From an uncultured Methylomirabilota bacterium (GTDB lineage Bacteria > Methylomirabilota > Methylomirabilia > Methylomirabilales > 2-02-FULL-66-22): a stretch of 64,000 bases of DNA. Below are positions 29,718 through 39,702 of this stretch, one piece after another. The notes below the pieces were generated by a model. The model had not been told where the DNA came from, did not search any database, and was given only the letters and a program-made list of their open reading frames with translations. Position 1 is the first letter of the stretch. Each line of letters opens with the position of its first letter. Made by a program: the position numbers and the translations under genes. Location: contig CAWJSJ010000005.1 of assembly GCA_963845565.1 (NCBI GenBank), positions 864,001-928,000 on the forward strand, read 5' to 3'.

Positions 29718-30392
29718 TCAGGGAAGGAGATTTCGCAAGGCCACATCCGTCGTCATGGTGAACGGGATGGTCGTGGTCCCCGCTTGTTGCTGCACGGTCA
29801 GGGCCAACTTGACCTGTCGCACGCTATTTCGCTGCCCACCGACTGCCGGGACGCTGGGAATGTTCGTTCCGGTCACCGGCGCCTGGCTGTCGAGTTGATA
29901 GGTCGTCGTCAGCGGGTATGGGATCGGCACATTGTTCAGTTCGTAATAGGTGAACTTCAGGCTGGCGACCCCCTCGATGAAGGGATCCCCGCCGCAATAC
30001 GTCGTCGTCGAGGTATTCCGGTAGAGGATGGTCCCCGCCGCGCCGGAACAATCCCGGAGGCTGTACGTGACGTACCGCAGGCCGTTGCCGTCCCCCACGT
30101 CCGCATGGAAGCTGATGGTGTCGTTGGTAGCGATGACCAGGGGATCGCCGACTTTGGCCGGGCTGTTGTAACCGGCCATTCGAATCTCGCGCGCCAACCG
30201 TTCGAGGGCGACCCTGGACTGCGATTGTGCGTCCCACTTCAGGCGACCCTTGATATAGCTCGCCTCTCCCGCGTCGTAGATCACGTAGACGCCGTAGAGC
30301 ACGATCAGAAAGATCATGGTCGTGACCAGCATCTCGATCAACGTGAAGCCTGCCTGCGGTCTGGAAAGGCGAGAGGGGAGCGTCGGGCGCAT
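29718..30392 (-). CDS. PilW-like type IV minor pilin
   Basis: AG|FTLIEMLV prepilin cleavage motif, R.ALERLAREIRMAGY, C-terminal DVALRN. Confidence 0.85.
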   Translation of the reverse strand: MRPTLPSRLSRPQAGFTLIEMLVTTMIFLIVLYGVYVIYDAGEASYIKGRLKWDAQSQSRVALERLAREIRMAGYNSPAKVGDPLVIATNDTISFHADVGDGNGLRYVTYSLRDCSGAAGTILYRNTSTTTYCGGDPFIEGVASLKFTYYELNNVPIPYPLTTTYQLDSQAPVTGTNIPSVPAVGGQRNSVRQVKLALTVQQQAGTTTIPFTMTTDVALRNLLP

Positions 30393-30402
30393 GGCGATAT
30401 CC

Positions 30403-30947
30403 TCAGATGGCCGAGGCCAGGGTTTCGAGTGTGACCGTATACGATGACCGCGTTCGGTCCACGAGACCGTCACGCGAACCTTTCGCAGGATTGCGTTCCC
30501 GGTGGGACCGCTGGCCACGTCTGACACGGCGATGGTTCCATACCCGTTCGTGACGCCGGCCCCTGTCGCGAGGTAGAGGTTGATGTCGTTCGTCCATTTC
30601 GTGATATTCGACGCGCCCATGAAGTTTCCCGGATTCCCCGGGATCGGCGTGGTCGGATCATCCACGGGATAGGTTGCCGTGTTCCGCGTGTCCACCCCCT
30701 GATAGGAGGGAAGGGACGAGAACGGGTCGTTCTTGAGCGTCTCGATCAACTGCTGAGCCAGCGAGACAGCTTTGGAGATCTGTCCCGCCTGATGAATATT
30801 CATGTCCGCGCTCGGAAGAACCGAGGCGATGCCCAGGAGGGCGACGACCATGATCGTCGCAGCGAGAAGAACTTCCAGCAGGGTGAAGCCGTCGTGTCGG
30901 CGGGCGACGTATGAGACGCATGAATTGACGGGTTTACGGCAACGCAT
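30403..30947 (-). CDS. PilV-like type IV minor pilin (apparent frameshift near 30447 fuses it to PilW in the ORF track)
   Basis: DG|FTLLEVLLA, AVSLAQQLIETLK, KVRVTVSW; the true end YTVTLETLASAI* is in another frame. Confidence 0.8.
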
Positions 30948-30962
30948 GAGCAACACCTCTTT

Positions 30963-31520
30963 TTACTGGATCGTCGCCTTTCCGATAACGTTCGTGATCA
31001 CGGTCTTGGAGCCGGCGGTGCTCTGCAAGACGATGTTCAGAGGGGAGGTACTGTTCGCCAGAAATCCCTGCGAATTGAAAACCAGCGTGTTGCCGGTCGC
31101 GACCGAGACGCCCTTGTAGTCGCTGTTAAGGGGGAACCACACGGTGAGGACATTACTACCCGTGCCGGGATACGCGGTGAGCGCCGGCCAGGCGGCAGAT
31201 GGACTGTTTCGCGTTTCGACCCGGTACATGTTGGCCTTTGTGGTATCGGTGGTGTCGCTGGAACCGGGATTTGGCGCTACGCCGTTCTGATTGAATACGA
31301 TCAAACGGGCCTGGACACCCCGCGTAAGGGCGCTGGATTGGGCCATGCGAACGTCCTCGGCTAACCGGCGCGCGGCCCCATCCACTCCTCTGCGCTGGAT
31401 CCCGCCCAGGACACCAGGGAGCGCAAAACCCGATATCACGGTCATGATAGCCACCACGATGACCAACTCTATGAGCGTGTAGCCCCTTTGCCTTCTCGAG
31501 TGTTGCCGATCACGCGCCAT
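30963..31520 (-). CDS. FimT/FimU (GspH-like) type IV minor pilin
   Basis: RG|YTLIELVIV, A.RLA.DVRMAQS.A, LVFNSQG; GGGAGG RBS before ATG at 31520. Confidence 0.85.
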   Translation of the reverse strand: MARDRQHSRRQRGYTLIELVIVVAIMTVISGFALPGVLGGIQRRGVDGAARRLAEDVRMAQSSALTRGVQARLIVFNQNGVAPNPGSSDTTDTTKANMYRVETRNSPSAAWPALTAYPGTGSNVLTVWFPLNSDYKGVSVATGNTLVFNSQGFLANSTSPLNIVLQSTAGSKTVITNVIGKATIQ

Positions 31521-31605
31521 ATTCCTCCCTGCCTGTGCGCCGGGCCGATTGCTGCATCTGGTATTCACCCATTGACGCCCATCGTCTGGGGACACGACGG
31601 ACAAA

Positions 31606-31621
31606 TGCAACTCTAGTGCCG
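31606..31621 (-). promoter_or_regulatory. sigma54 (-24/-12) promoter of the pilin cassette
   Basis: minus strand CGGCAC-TAGAG-TTGCA matches TGGCAC-N5-TTGC. Confidence 0.75.
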
Positions 31622-31650
31622 TTGGTGAATCATAAATAGAAACATTTAAA

Positions 31651-31663
31651 AACCAAAGAGTTA
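31651..31663 (+). promoter_or_regulatory. IHF-site-like sequence
   Basis: AACCAAAGAGTTA versus WATCAANNNNTTR (one mismatch) in an AT-rich tract between the sigma54 site and upstream repeats. Confidence 0.55.
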
Positions 31664-31690
31664 ACAAATATACTTCCACGGGGTGTTCTA

Positions 31691-31720
31691 TTCAATTTCT
31701 GTCAATTTTTGTCAATTTTG
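31691..31720. promoter_or_regulatory. three tandem 10-bp repeats, candidate enhancer-binding-protein sites
   Basis: TTCAATTTCT GTCAATTTTT GTCAATTTTG, 70-100 bp upstream of the sigma54 site. Confidence 0.5.
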
Positions 31721-31751
31721 CACGCGTGGCGCGCTACGAAGGATCAGAATG

Positions 31752-32853
31752 TCAGGAGGAATCACGGAGAGTTCGCGATAGCTTCGAGGACCTTGTCTGA
31801 ACTGACTCGAGAAGCAACGAGTGGGTAGGGTTGCCCACGATCGTTTTGGCCGTATCCAGGAGGCGTTCAGGTCTGTGAAGCGCAAAACGTGCATGCATTC
31901 CCTGGAGGCGCCCAAGCGAGGCCTGGAGCCGTGCGCTGGAGAGGCGCCCGCTCCGGACGGCGGCCTCCACGGCGGCGATGGCCAGGCGCTGCGGGTCGGC
32001 GTTCCGGCAGATCAGGGTGAGATCGCCGCCCGCTTCCAGGAAGCGCACGGCCGCCTCGCCGATGTCGAAGCCGGCGATGATGGCCCCCATCTCCAGGTCG
32101 TCGCTCACCACCACACCGTCGAAGCCGAGCTCGGTGCGCAGGATGTCCGTCGTGACGATCCGGGACAGACTGCTGGGTGCGGCGGGATCGAGGGCTGGGC
32201 AGGCAAGATGTGCCACCAGGATGCTCGGCATGCCGGCCTGGATCGCCGCGCGAAAGGGCGGAAACTCCACCATCCTCCACCGGTCGCCGGTCTGTGGGCT
32301 CTCCGGCAGGGCGAGGTGGGAATCCGCGGCCGTCTCACCGTGCCCCGGAAAATGCTTGCCCGTCGTCAGGATGCCGACATCCTCGAATCCCCTGAAGGCG
32401 GCCAGGCCCATCCGCGCCACACGGTCCGGCTCATGGCTGAAGGCCCGGTCGCCGATGACGGGGTTCCCGGGGTTGGTATGGACGTCCAGGACGGGTGCGA
32501 GATTCCAGGTGAACCCGGCCGCCCGGAGTTCCTGGCCCATGGCCCTGGCGACGCTGCGGGTGAGGTCCGGGTCGTCGATGGCGCCCAGCACCGCGGCCGC
32601 CGGCGGCGCCAGGAACGGCGCGGGAAGCCGGACGACGCGCCCCCCTTCCTGATCCACGCCGACCAGGAGCGGCGCCCCGGCCTGGCGGTGCACCTCTGCC
32701 GTCAGGGCGCAGACCTGCTCCAGGTCGCGCAGATTGCGCTTGAAGAGGATCACGCCGCCCAGACCGCGCCGGAGCAGGGCGCGGATATACTCCGGCGGCG
32801 TCGTCCCCGTCGAACCCGAAACAGAACAGCCGCAGCAGGTTGACGCCCGTCAT
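31752..32853 (-). CDS. nagZ: beta-N-acetylhexosaminidase (GH3), apparent frameshift near 32810
   Basis: GVILFKRN, VDQEGGRV, APVLDV, IGDRAF, KHFPGHG....DSH, SDDLEMGA. Confidence 0.92.
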
Positions 32854-33609
32854 CGCGTTCCCCGCTTCCGCCAGGAACGCGCGCTCGTACTGCTCCAGCT
32901 GCTCCGGTCGAACGTCGGGCCACGTCTGCATCTCGCGGTAGAGCCCCTCCGCGTCGCGCGTCACCCGTTCGCCGACGATCTGGGTCGCGGCGGTCAGGTT
33001 CGTGAAACGCCGGTCGATCACCCCGTGCAACAACGGGGAGATCAGCTTCAGCGTCCCGTGCGCCAGCATGTTATCGAGCCGAACGTACAGCTGGGGAACG
33101 ACCTCCAGCGTCGGATCCGCGGCGTGTCCGGACTCCCGGTAATCCAGCGTGAACACCATGTTGCCGGAGAGGTTCAGCAGGTACGCGAGGGACCGGAACT
33201 GCCCCTGACAAAAATAGACCCGGCGGGTTCCCGTCGCGGGCGACGAGCCGGAAGCTTCCTCGCAACGCGCCCAGATCGTTGACATCAAACGACCCGTCCT
33301 CCCGGACGGTGACATGATATCGCTCCAAGGGGGGATACAGGTGTCGCGCCAGCGTGGCGGCGAGGTCCGGTCTGTCGAGGAGCCAGTCGGCAACACGCGT
33401 CGTTCCATGGAAGCGGACGGGCTGGAGGTTGCGGGCCAGCGTGTACTTCTCCACGACCTCCCGGGTGGGCAGATCGGTCACCGTCACGCCGTTCAGCGTG
33501 AAGACCGCCTCCGCGCCGGATGCCAGAAGCAGCACGCAAACGGCGAGCGTCCCCAGACGACCTTTCCACCCCCTGCCTGCGCCCGGCGTCCGGCGCCGTG
33601 TTGATTCAT
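32850..33609 (-). CDS. hypothetical exported protein (frameshifted)
   Basis: signal-peptide-like N-terminus (LAVCVLLLASGAEA) and segments WLLDRPDLAATLARHL and RVYFCQGQF...YVRLDN spread over frames. Confidence 0.55.
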
Positions 33610-33639
33610 TTGACAGGGCTCCACCCCACGCACTATAAG
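33610..33639 (+). promoter_or_regulatory. sigma70-type promoter candidate for ampG
   Basis: TTGACA-18 nt-TATAAG, about 60 bp upstream of the GTG start. Confidence 0.45.
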
Positions 33640-33700
33640 GAACCGGCGGCAGGCCCTCGCGGCGGCCGCGGCGCACGGCATGTGCGGATTGCGAGGACAC

Positions 33701-34950
33701 GTGACGACCAGGACGAAGCTCTACTGGGTGACCCTGCTGTACTTCGCCGAGGGGTTTCCCTTCGGCATCCTGAACGACGCACTGCCTGTGTATTTTCGGG
33801 TGCACGGGGTCCGCCTTGCCGATATCGGGCTTGTTAAGCCTGGTCGGGCTTCCCTGGACGCTCAAATTCCTCTGGGCGCCGGCGCTCGACCGGTGGGGCC
33901 GGCGACGCACCTGGGTGGTGGGCTGCCAGGCGCTGCTCGCCGCCGGCATGATGGCCCTCCTGGCGCTGAATCCCTCGCAGGTCGACGGCCGCCTGTGGCT
34001 GGTGCTGATTGCCCTCGCCCTGTTCTCCGCCACGCAGGACATCGCCATCGACGCCTACACGATCGAACTGCTGGATCCGGCGGAGATGGGGCCGGCCAAT
34101 GGCATCCGGGTCACCGCCTACCGCGTGGCCCTGATCGCGCCGGGGCGTCTCTTTGTGGCGCTGGCCGGCCTGATCGGCTGGCCGGCCGCATTTGCGGGGG
34201 CGGCAACCCTCATGGGCGTGTCCTGCCTGTGCTGTCCTGCGGATGCCTGCCGCGCCCGCCTCACTCCACCTCGGGAGTGGGCGCACCTGCGGGGGTGCGC
34301 CCTCGCCGCTGTTCTGGAGCCCACTGCGACAGTTCGCCCGCGTCCCGGGATTCGCTCTACGTCGTGCTCTTCGTGCTGGCCTTCAAGCTGGGCGACATGG
34401 CGCTGGGCCCGATGGTGCGGCCGTTCTGGGTGGACGCCACTTCACCCCGGTCCAGATCGGCGCCATCCCGGGAACGCTGGGCGTCATCAGCCACCATCGC
34501 GGGCGCGCTGGTGGGCGGACACCTCACCGGCCGATGGGGCGTCTTCCGGGCCCTCTGGGTCCTGGGGATCGCGCAAGCGGCCTCGAACCTCGTGTATGCG
34601 GGTGCCGCGGCCCTGCCACCCTCGACCCCGCTCATGTACGCGGCGTCGGTGGTGGAATCCTTCTGCGGCGGCCTGGGCACGGCGCCCTTTCTCGGCGTTC
34701 CTGATGAGTATCTGCGACAAGGCCCACGCCGCCACGCAGTACGCGCTGCTGAGCGCCCTCTTCGGGTTGACCCGAGTTGGCTTGTCGGGCGCCCTGTCGG
34801 GGTGGGCCACGGAGCGCCTCGGTTACACCGTCTACTTCACCCTGACGTTCGTGCTCGCCTGGCCGGCGCTCTTCTTGCTTCCGCGGGTCCGGGGGTGGAG
34901 TGCGGAACACGCCGACCGAACCGCCCGCTCCCGCGACGCCCCAGTAAAGC
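33701..34950 (+). CDS. ampG: AmpG-like MFS muropeptide transporter (several apparent frameshifts; end approximate)
   Basis: LYFAEGFPFG, LPWTLKFLWAP.LDR, SATQDIAIDAY, FKLGD, AATQYALLSAL. Confidence 0.8.
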
Positions 34951-35014
34951 CGGCGTGGGGGCCGCCAGGAGCGGCCCCGACGACCCGTTACCCGTTCGCC
35001 CCGAACGTCGGCAA

Positions 35015-36313
35015 TCAGAGCAGGCGCTCTCCCTTCCGGAAGAACCGCTGGAATCCCTCGCGGTCCCCGGCGGCGGCCGCCAGCCGCTTCATGCCCTCCT
35101 TCAGTGACTCCGTGTCCGTGGCGATGGACAGCCGGAGATAGTGCATCTGCTCGGTCCCGATCCGGCCGAACGACTTCCGGTCCAGCGTGGCCACCAGGTG
35201 GTCGAAGAGCAGGAACATCTGGAAGAGCGTGGACGGGCTGGTCTTCTTCCGCACGTCCGGCGGCAGGCTCTGGAACGCCTCCATGATCCCGAGGCGCTGG
35301 CAGACGCCGGCGATGTTCGGGAAGACGTAAAATGCCCCCTTCGGGTTCTGGCAGCGCACGCCGTCGATGGCGTTCAGGCTCCGCACCACCAGGTCGCGCC
35401 GCTCCTGGAAGACGGCCGCCATCTCGCCGATCGTCTTGGCGACCTGGGGCGACTCCAAGCCGACGCGGGCCCCCTCCTGGTTGTAGGCGGGAACGCAGGA
35501 GAAGTAATTGATGTTCAGGTTCCGGGACAGGTCGGCCTCTTCCTTGGTGGGGTAGAGGGCCCAGCCGATCCGCCCGCCCGTCCACGCGAAACTCTTCGAG
35601 GCGCCGCCGACCAGGATGGTGATCTTCTCCATCCCGGGGCACGAGACGATGCTGTGGTGCTGGCTGCCGTCGAAAAGGATGTGCTCGTACACCTCGTCGG
35701 AGTAGACGCGCACGTTCTGCCCACAGCGCTTCAGGATGACATCGGCGATCTCCTGAAGCTGCTCCCGGGACGCCACGCCGCCGGTGGGGTTCGAGGGGAA
35801 GTTGAGATAGATGAGCTTGGTCCGCTCGGAGAGGAGTGGGGCCAATTCCTTCCCCGACAGGCTGAAGCCCTTGGTCTCGTCCAGGTGGATCGGCACGGGC
35901 TTGGCGCCGACGTAGCTGACGAACGACTCGTAGATCGGAAAGCCCGGGCTAGGATACACCACCTCGTCGCCGGGGTTGCAGTAGGTCTGCTGACAGAAAC
36001 CGATCGGCGGCTTGGCGCCGGGATACACCACCACCCGATCCGGGGTGGCTTGGATCCCGCGGGTCTCACTGAAATACTTGGCGACCGCTTTCCGGAGGGG
36101 GAGAATGCCCTGCGGGTCGCAGTAGTGGGTATTGTCGAGGTCGAGCTGGCGCTTCACCTCGTCCTTGATGGGCTGCGGGATGGGAAAGTCCGGTTCCCCC
36201 AGGTTGCACTTGATGACTCGCTTGCCCTGTTCCTCGAGTTGGCGGATAAACGGTCCGACCTTGAACGCGTTCTCGGTGTCGATGAGTCCGACTCGCTCGG
36301 CGAATAAGGCCAC
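35015..36313 (-). CDS. class I/II PLP aminotransferase (aspartate aminotransferase-like)
   Basis: NLGEPDF, G...LR.A, PGAK, NFPSNPTG, SDEVYE, SKSFAWTGGRIGW, PKGAFYVF. Confidence 0.92.
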   Translation of the reverse strand: MALFAERVGLIDTENAFKVGPFIRQLEEQGKRVIKCNLGEPDFPIPQPIKDEVKRQLDLDNTHYCDPQGILPLRKAVAKYFSETRGIQATPDRVVVYPGAKPPIGFCQQTYCNPGDEVVYPSPGFPIYESFVSYVGAKPVPIHLDETKGFSLSGKELAPLLSERTKLIYLNFPSNPTGGVASREQLQEIADVILKRCGQNVRVYSDEVYEHILFDGSQHHSIVSCPGMEKITILVGGASKSFAWTGGRIGWALYPTKEEADLSRNLNINYFSCVPAYNQEGARVGLESPQVAKTIGEMAAVFQERRDLVVRSLNAIDGVRCQNPKGAFYVFPNIAGVCQRLGIMEAFQSLPPDVRKKTSPSTLFQMFLLFDHLVATLDRKSFGRIGTEQMHYLRLSIATDTESLKEGMKRLAAAAGDREGFQRFFRKGERLL

Positions 36314-36407
36314 GGCGTGCTCCTTTCGTTTATCCCTGGGATCTCCGTGTTCTTGGGTCCGTGTCGCGACGGATGGGTCGCCTGGCGACTCTCGTGTGGG
36401 GGTCGCC

Positions 36408-36818
36408 TCACACCGGCGGTGTGGGTTTCCCTTGGGCGAGGGCCAGGCGCAGCATGTTCACGAGCCGCTCGGCGGAGAGCGCCTTGAGCGCGATAATCTC
36501 CGCCCCGGCCTTGAACGCCTTTTCGTTGAGCTTGGGGTCGTTGGTGCCGGTCAGGATGACGACCGGGATGTGCTTCAGGTCGGCATCCTTCTTGAGTTCC
36601 TCGCACACCGCGAAGCCGTTCATGCCCGGCATCTCGATGTCCAGGAGGATGGCGTCAGGCGGCTGCTTCTTGGCGAACGTCAATCCCTCGGGACCACTGG
36701 CCGCCACCTGGACCCGGAATCCTTGCTGCTCCAGGACGTTTCGGAGCATGGTCGTGAAGAACGGCTGATCGTCGATCACAAGCACCGCTGCCGAACGGGC
36801 GTCTGCCGGGGTAGCCAT
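36408..36818 (-). CDS. single-domain response regulator (CheY-like)
   Basis: VLVIDD, PDAILLDIEMPGMNG, IPVVILT, GA..I.LK. Confidence 0.9.
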   Translation of the reverse strand: MATPADARSAAVLVIDDQPFFTTMLRNVLEQQGFRVQVAASGPEGLTFAKKQPPDAILLDIEMPGMNGFAVCEELKKDADLKHIPVVILTGTNDPKLNEKAFKAGAEIIALKALSAERLVNMLRLALAQGKPTPPV

Positions 36819-36860
36819 GGTGTTGCCTCCTTCACCGAACGGTCTGATATCCCCGGGCCG

Positions 36861-37976
36861 TCATGCGCGGCGCGGCTCGGGGTGGCCCCATGAGTCTGGG
36901 GGCAGCATGGGTGCGAGGATCTCGGCGGCGACGTCAGCGCCGTCGGCGGGCAGATCCCGCCAGGTCCGCGGCTGCCCCAACAGGCCGTCGAGCGCGCCAC
37001 GCCAGTTGCCCGCGAGGAGGTCGGCGTTCTCGATGAAACGGCAGACGCCGAACCGCTGCAGCCCCTCGACCAGGCAGGCGTACTCCGGGAACTCTCCCCG
37101 GGAGGTATACAGGACCGGGACGTGATTGGCCAGACAATCCGACACGATGCCGTACCCCGGCTTGGTGATGACCGCATCGGCCTGGGCTACCACGTCCTCG
37201 TAGCGCAGGCCGTCCAGCGCAACCGTCCGGACGTTCCGGACGGGGCGGGGCGGAGCCTGCGTGGTCAGAAATTGGTACTTGTCCAGTTGCTGCACCCGCT
37301 CGAAGTCGATCCCCCGGGTGTCGAACCCGCCAAACGACAGCAAGACTGTCGGCCGACCCTCGGAAAGCCCGAGCCGACGTCGCGCCTCGGCGCGCGGGCA
37401 GCGGGCGCGGCGCGCGACCATCGGGATGTCCCGGACGACCGGGAACGCGTCGCAGGGACCATGAAAGGGTAGCCGCAAGAACAGATCCGCCTCTGCGTAC
37501 GCGGCCCGGATCGCCTCGAGCAGCGGCGCACGGTCCGGAAGGTCCCGAACGTATGCGGCATAGATCCAGTCCCAGGAAAAGTTGCTAATCCCTACGCCGG
37601 GGACGCCGGCCTGCCGCGCCACCGGAAAAGCCGCCGGCGGGATGTCCGCGACGACCAGGTCCACCCGCGACCGGCGCAGGAGCGCCGCCTCCTCTTCGAC
37701 AACCGCGGCCTGCGTCTCCAGGACCCGCGTGTACGCCTCCAGCGTCGCCTGGGCGTTCAGGCGAATCGCGTCCTCCTGGATGACCCCGACGTCCAGCGCG
37801 CGGGACCGGAAGTCAAAGGGCGCGGCCAGGTTCAGCCGGAACACCCATTCCGGCGCGGTCGAGATCAGGCTGAGCCGGAGGCCGGGCACGCGCCCAACCA
37901 GCGCTCCGAGGATGGCGGCCATGCGTGTGGCGTGGCCGAATCCGTGTCCGGTGATGTACGCGGCAACGTGTGCCAT
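36861..37976 (-). CDS. GT-B glycosyltransferase-like protein (resembles the arabinokinase N-terminal domain)
   Basis: YITGHGFGHATR, VVADIP, SNFSWDWIY, SFGG, ITKPGYGIVSDC, RGEFPE. Confidence 0.75.
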   Translation of the reverse strand: MAHVAAYITGHGFGHATRMAAILGALVGRVPGLRLSLISTAPEWVFRLNLAAPFDFRSRALDVGVIQEDAIRLNAQATLEAYTRVLETQAAVVEEEAALLRRSRVDLVVADIPPAAFPVARQAGVPGVGISNFSWDWIYAAYVRDLPDRAPLLEAIRAAYAEADLFLRLPFHGPCDAFPVVRDIPMVARRARCPRAEARRRLGLSEGRPTVLLSFGGFDTRGIDFERVQQLDKYQFLTTQAPPRPVRNVRTVALDGLRYEDVVAQADAVITKPGYGIVSDCLANHVPVLYTSRGEFPEYACLVEGLQRFGVCRFIENADLLAGNWRGALDGLLGQPRTWRDLPADGADVAAEILAPMLPPDSWGHPEPRRA

Positions 37977-38088
37977 GGGTGTCGTCGATCACGCTGCAAG
38001 TAAGTATAGTAAACTCGCCGGCCATTGCAAGGAGTTTGACTCTGATCAGCCCACGGATGGCCGCGCCGGATTCCTGGCGGCTTCGGGT

Positions 38089-38541
38089 TCAACCCCGACG
38101 TGCCTGGAGGGTCTCGTAAGCCTGCTGGATCGCGAGAAGTTTCCGATGCGCGAGGTCCTGGAATTCTTTTCCGAGGTGGGCGACCTTGTCTGGGTGATAG
38201 CGAGACACCGCCCGCCGGTAGGCGCTCTTGATCTCGTCGGCGGAGGCTCCCGGCGATACCTCCAGCAACGCGTAGGGGTCCATCCGGTCGAAATCGCCCG
38301 CGAGATCCTCGGGACGCGGGCCACCCGACGGCGCCCGCCGGGAGCCCTGGGCGCGCCCGCGGAAGACGTCCCAGGGAGACCGCCCGGCTTGTTGCCTCGT
38401 GAGATACCACACGAGGCATCCGACGACGATGAGGTCGTCCACCCAGCCCAATCCGGGCAGGAAGTCGGGCACCACGTCCACGGGGCTTATCACGTAAAAG
38501 ATTGAGGCCAGGATCGGCAGAAGCTTTCGCAGAAGCAGCAT
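38089..38541 (-). CDS. DUF1232-like membrane segment fused to a C-terminal J domain
   Basis: YVISPVDVVPDFLPGLGWVDD, then DPYALLEV...AS.DEIKSAYR....YHPDK...IQQAYETL. Confidence 0.85.
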   Translation of the reverse strand: MLLLRKLLPILASIFYVISPVDVVPDFLPGLGWVDDLIVVGCLVWYLTRQQAGRSPWDVFRGRAQGSRRAPSGGPRPEDLAGDFDRMDPYALLEVSPGASADEIKSAYRRAVSRYHPDKVAHLGKEFQDLAHRKLLAIQQAYETLQARRG

Positions 38542-38707
38542 CCAGTGTTCCTCCGGACTGTGCGCTATCATTCTTACCACACTTTCCGGACGGCTCAAAG
38601 GGCGGCCGTTCGAGTCGCGCGTTGACGCGGCGCGGGCCGTTCGACTACCATGGCGTGCAGAGCGAACGGATACACACCGTAACCTGTCGATCTCGTAGAG
38701 GGGTGTC

Positions 38708-39601
38708 GTGATGACGACCACGGAACGCCGTCGCCACCTTCGCCGCAGTTTCCTTTACGTCCCGGGCAGCGAGGAGCGGAAACTGGCCAAAGCACCGACG
38801 CTGGGCGCCGATGCGGTGATCCTGGATTTGGAAGACTCGGTCGCTCCCGAGCGGAAAGCCGAGGCGCGCGATCGAATCCTCGGCCTGCTGCGGACGCAAG
38901 CGCACCCCGCGGTCGAGTGGCTTATCCGTCTGAACGGACTGGCGAGCACCCACTTCGGGGCCGATCTGGCCTGTGGCGTTGCCGCCAGGCCGGACGGTGT
39001 GGTGATTCCGAAGGTGGAGGATCCGGCCATGCTGCGAGAGGCCGATGCGCGGTTGGGCGCCGCCGAGCGGGAGGCCGGCCACCCGGTCGGGAGTCTTCGG
39101 CTGTTCGCCATGATCGAAAGTGCCCGGGCAGTCCTCAACGCGCAGGCCATCGCCGCCGCGACGCCCCGCTTACAGGCGCTGATTCTCGGCCACGTGGACC
39201 TCTTGCGGGACTTGGGACTCACTCCCGGACCGGCGGGGCAGGGAACCGTCCAGCATGCGCGCTGTCATCTAGTCCTGGCGGCCCGCGCGGCTGGGGTGGA
39301 CGCCGTGGATGCCATCTATCTCAACATCCAGGATCACGACGGCCTGCGCGGCGAGGCGATCCAGGCCGCCGGCATGGGCTTTGTCGGGAAACAAGTCATC
39401 CATCCAGGGCAGATTCCCCTCGTTCACGCCGCCTTCACGCCATCGGCGGAGCGTGTGCAGCGCGCGGAGCGAATCCTGGAGGTCTGGCAGACAGCCCAGG
39501 CCGAGGGGAAAGGCGTGGTCGCCTTGGACGGCATGCTGATCGAGCCTCCGGTGATCGCCATGGAACAACTGGTCCTCGAGCGCGCCCGACAGTCTCGTTG
39601 A
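38708..39601 (+). CDS. CitE/HpcH-family CoA-ester lyase (citryl/malyl-CoA lyase-like)
   Basis: RRSFLYVPG, DAVILDLEDSV, IRLN, IPKVE, IESA, GFVGKQVIHPGQI, LDGMLIE. Confidence 0.9.
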   Translation: MMTTTERRRHLRRSFLYVPGSEERKLAKAPTLGADAVILDLEDSVAPERKAEARDRILGLLRTQAHPAVEWLIRLNGLASTHFGADLACGVAARPDGVVIPKVEDPAMLREADARLGAAEREAGHPVGSLRLFAMIESARAVLNAQAIAAATPRLQALILGHVDLLRDLGLTPGPAGQGTVQHARCHLVLAARAAGVDAVDAIYLNIQDHDGLRGEAIQAAGMGFVGKQVIHPGQIPLVHAAFTPSAERVQRAERILEVWQTAQAEGKGVVALDGMLIEPPVIAMEQLVLERARQSR

Positions 39602-39651
39602 CGTGGTATTGGACCGGGGTGCCGGCGCGCCGATGCCGGTATCGCGGAAAA

Positions 39652-39682
39652 ATCCCCCCTTCCGGATACGGAAGGGGGGATC
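39652..39682. terminator. stem-loop terminator between convergent genes
   Basis: ATCCCCCCTTCCG-GATA-CGGAAGGGGGGAT preceded by an A tract. Confidence 0.65.
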
Positions 39683-39702
39683 GGGGTTGACGCCCGGTCA
39701 GC

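Noticed and set aside
29718..30956. Double pilin PilV-PilW fusion
   Set aside because: A one-base shift near 30447 restores a normal PilV end and a GAGGA RBS for PilW, so it is probably an indel artefact.
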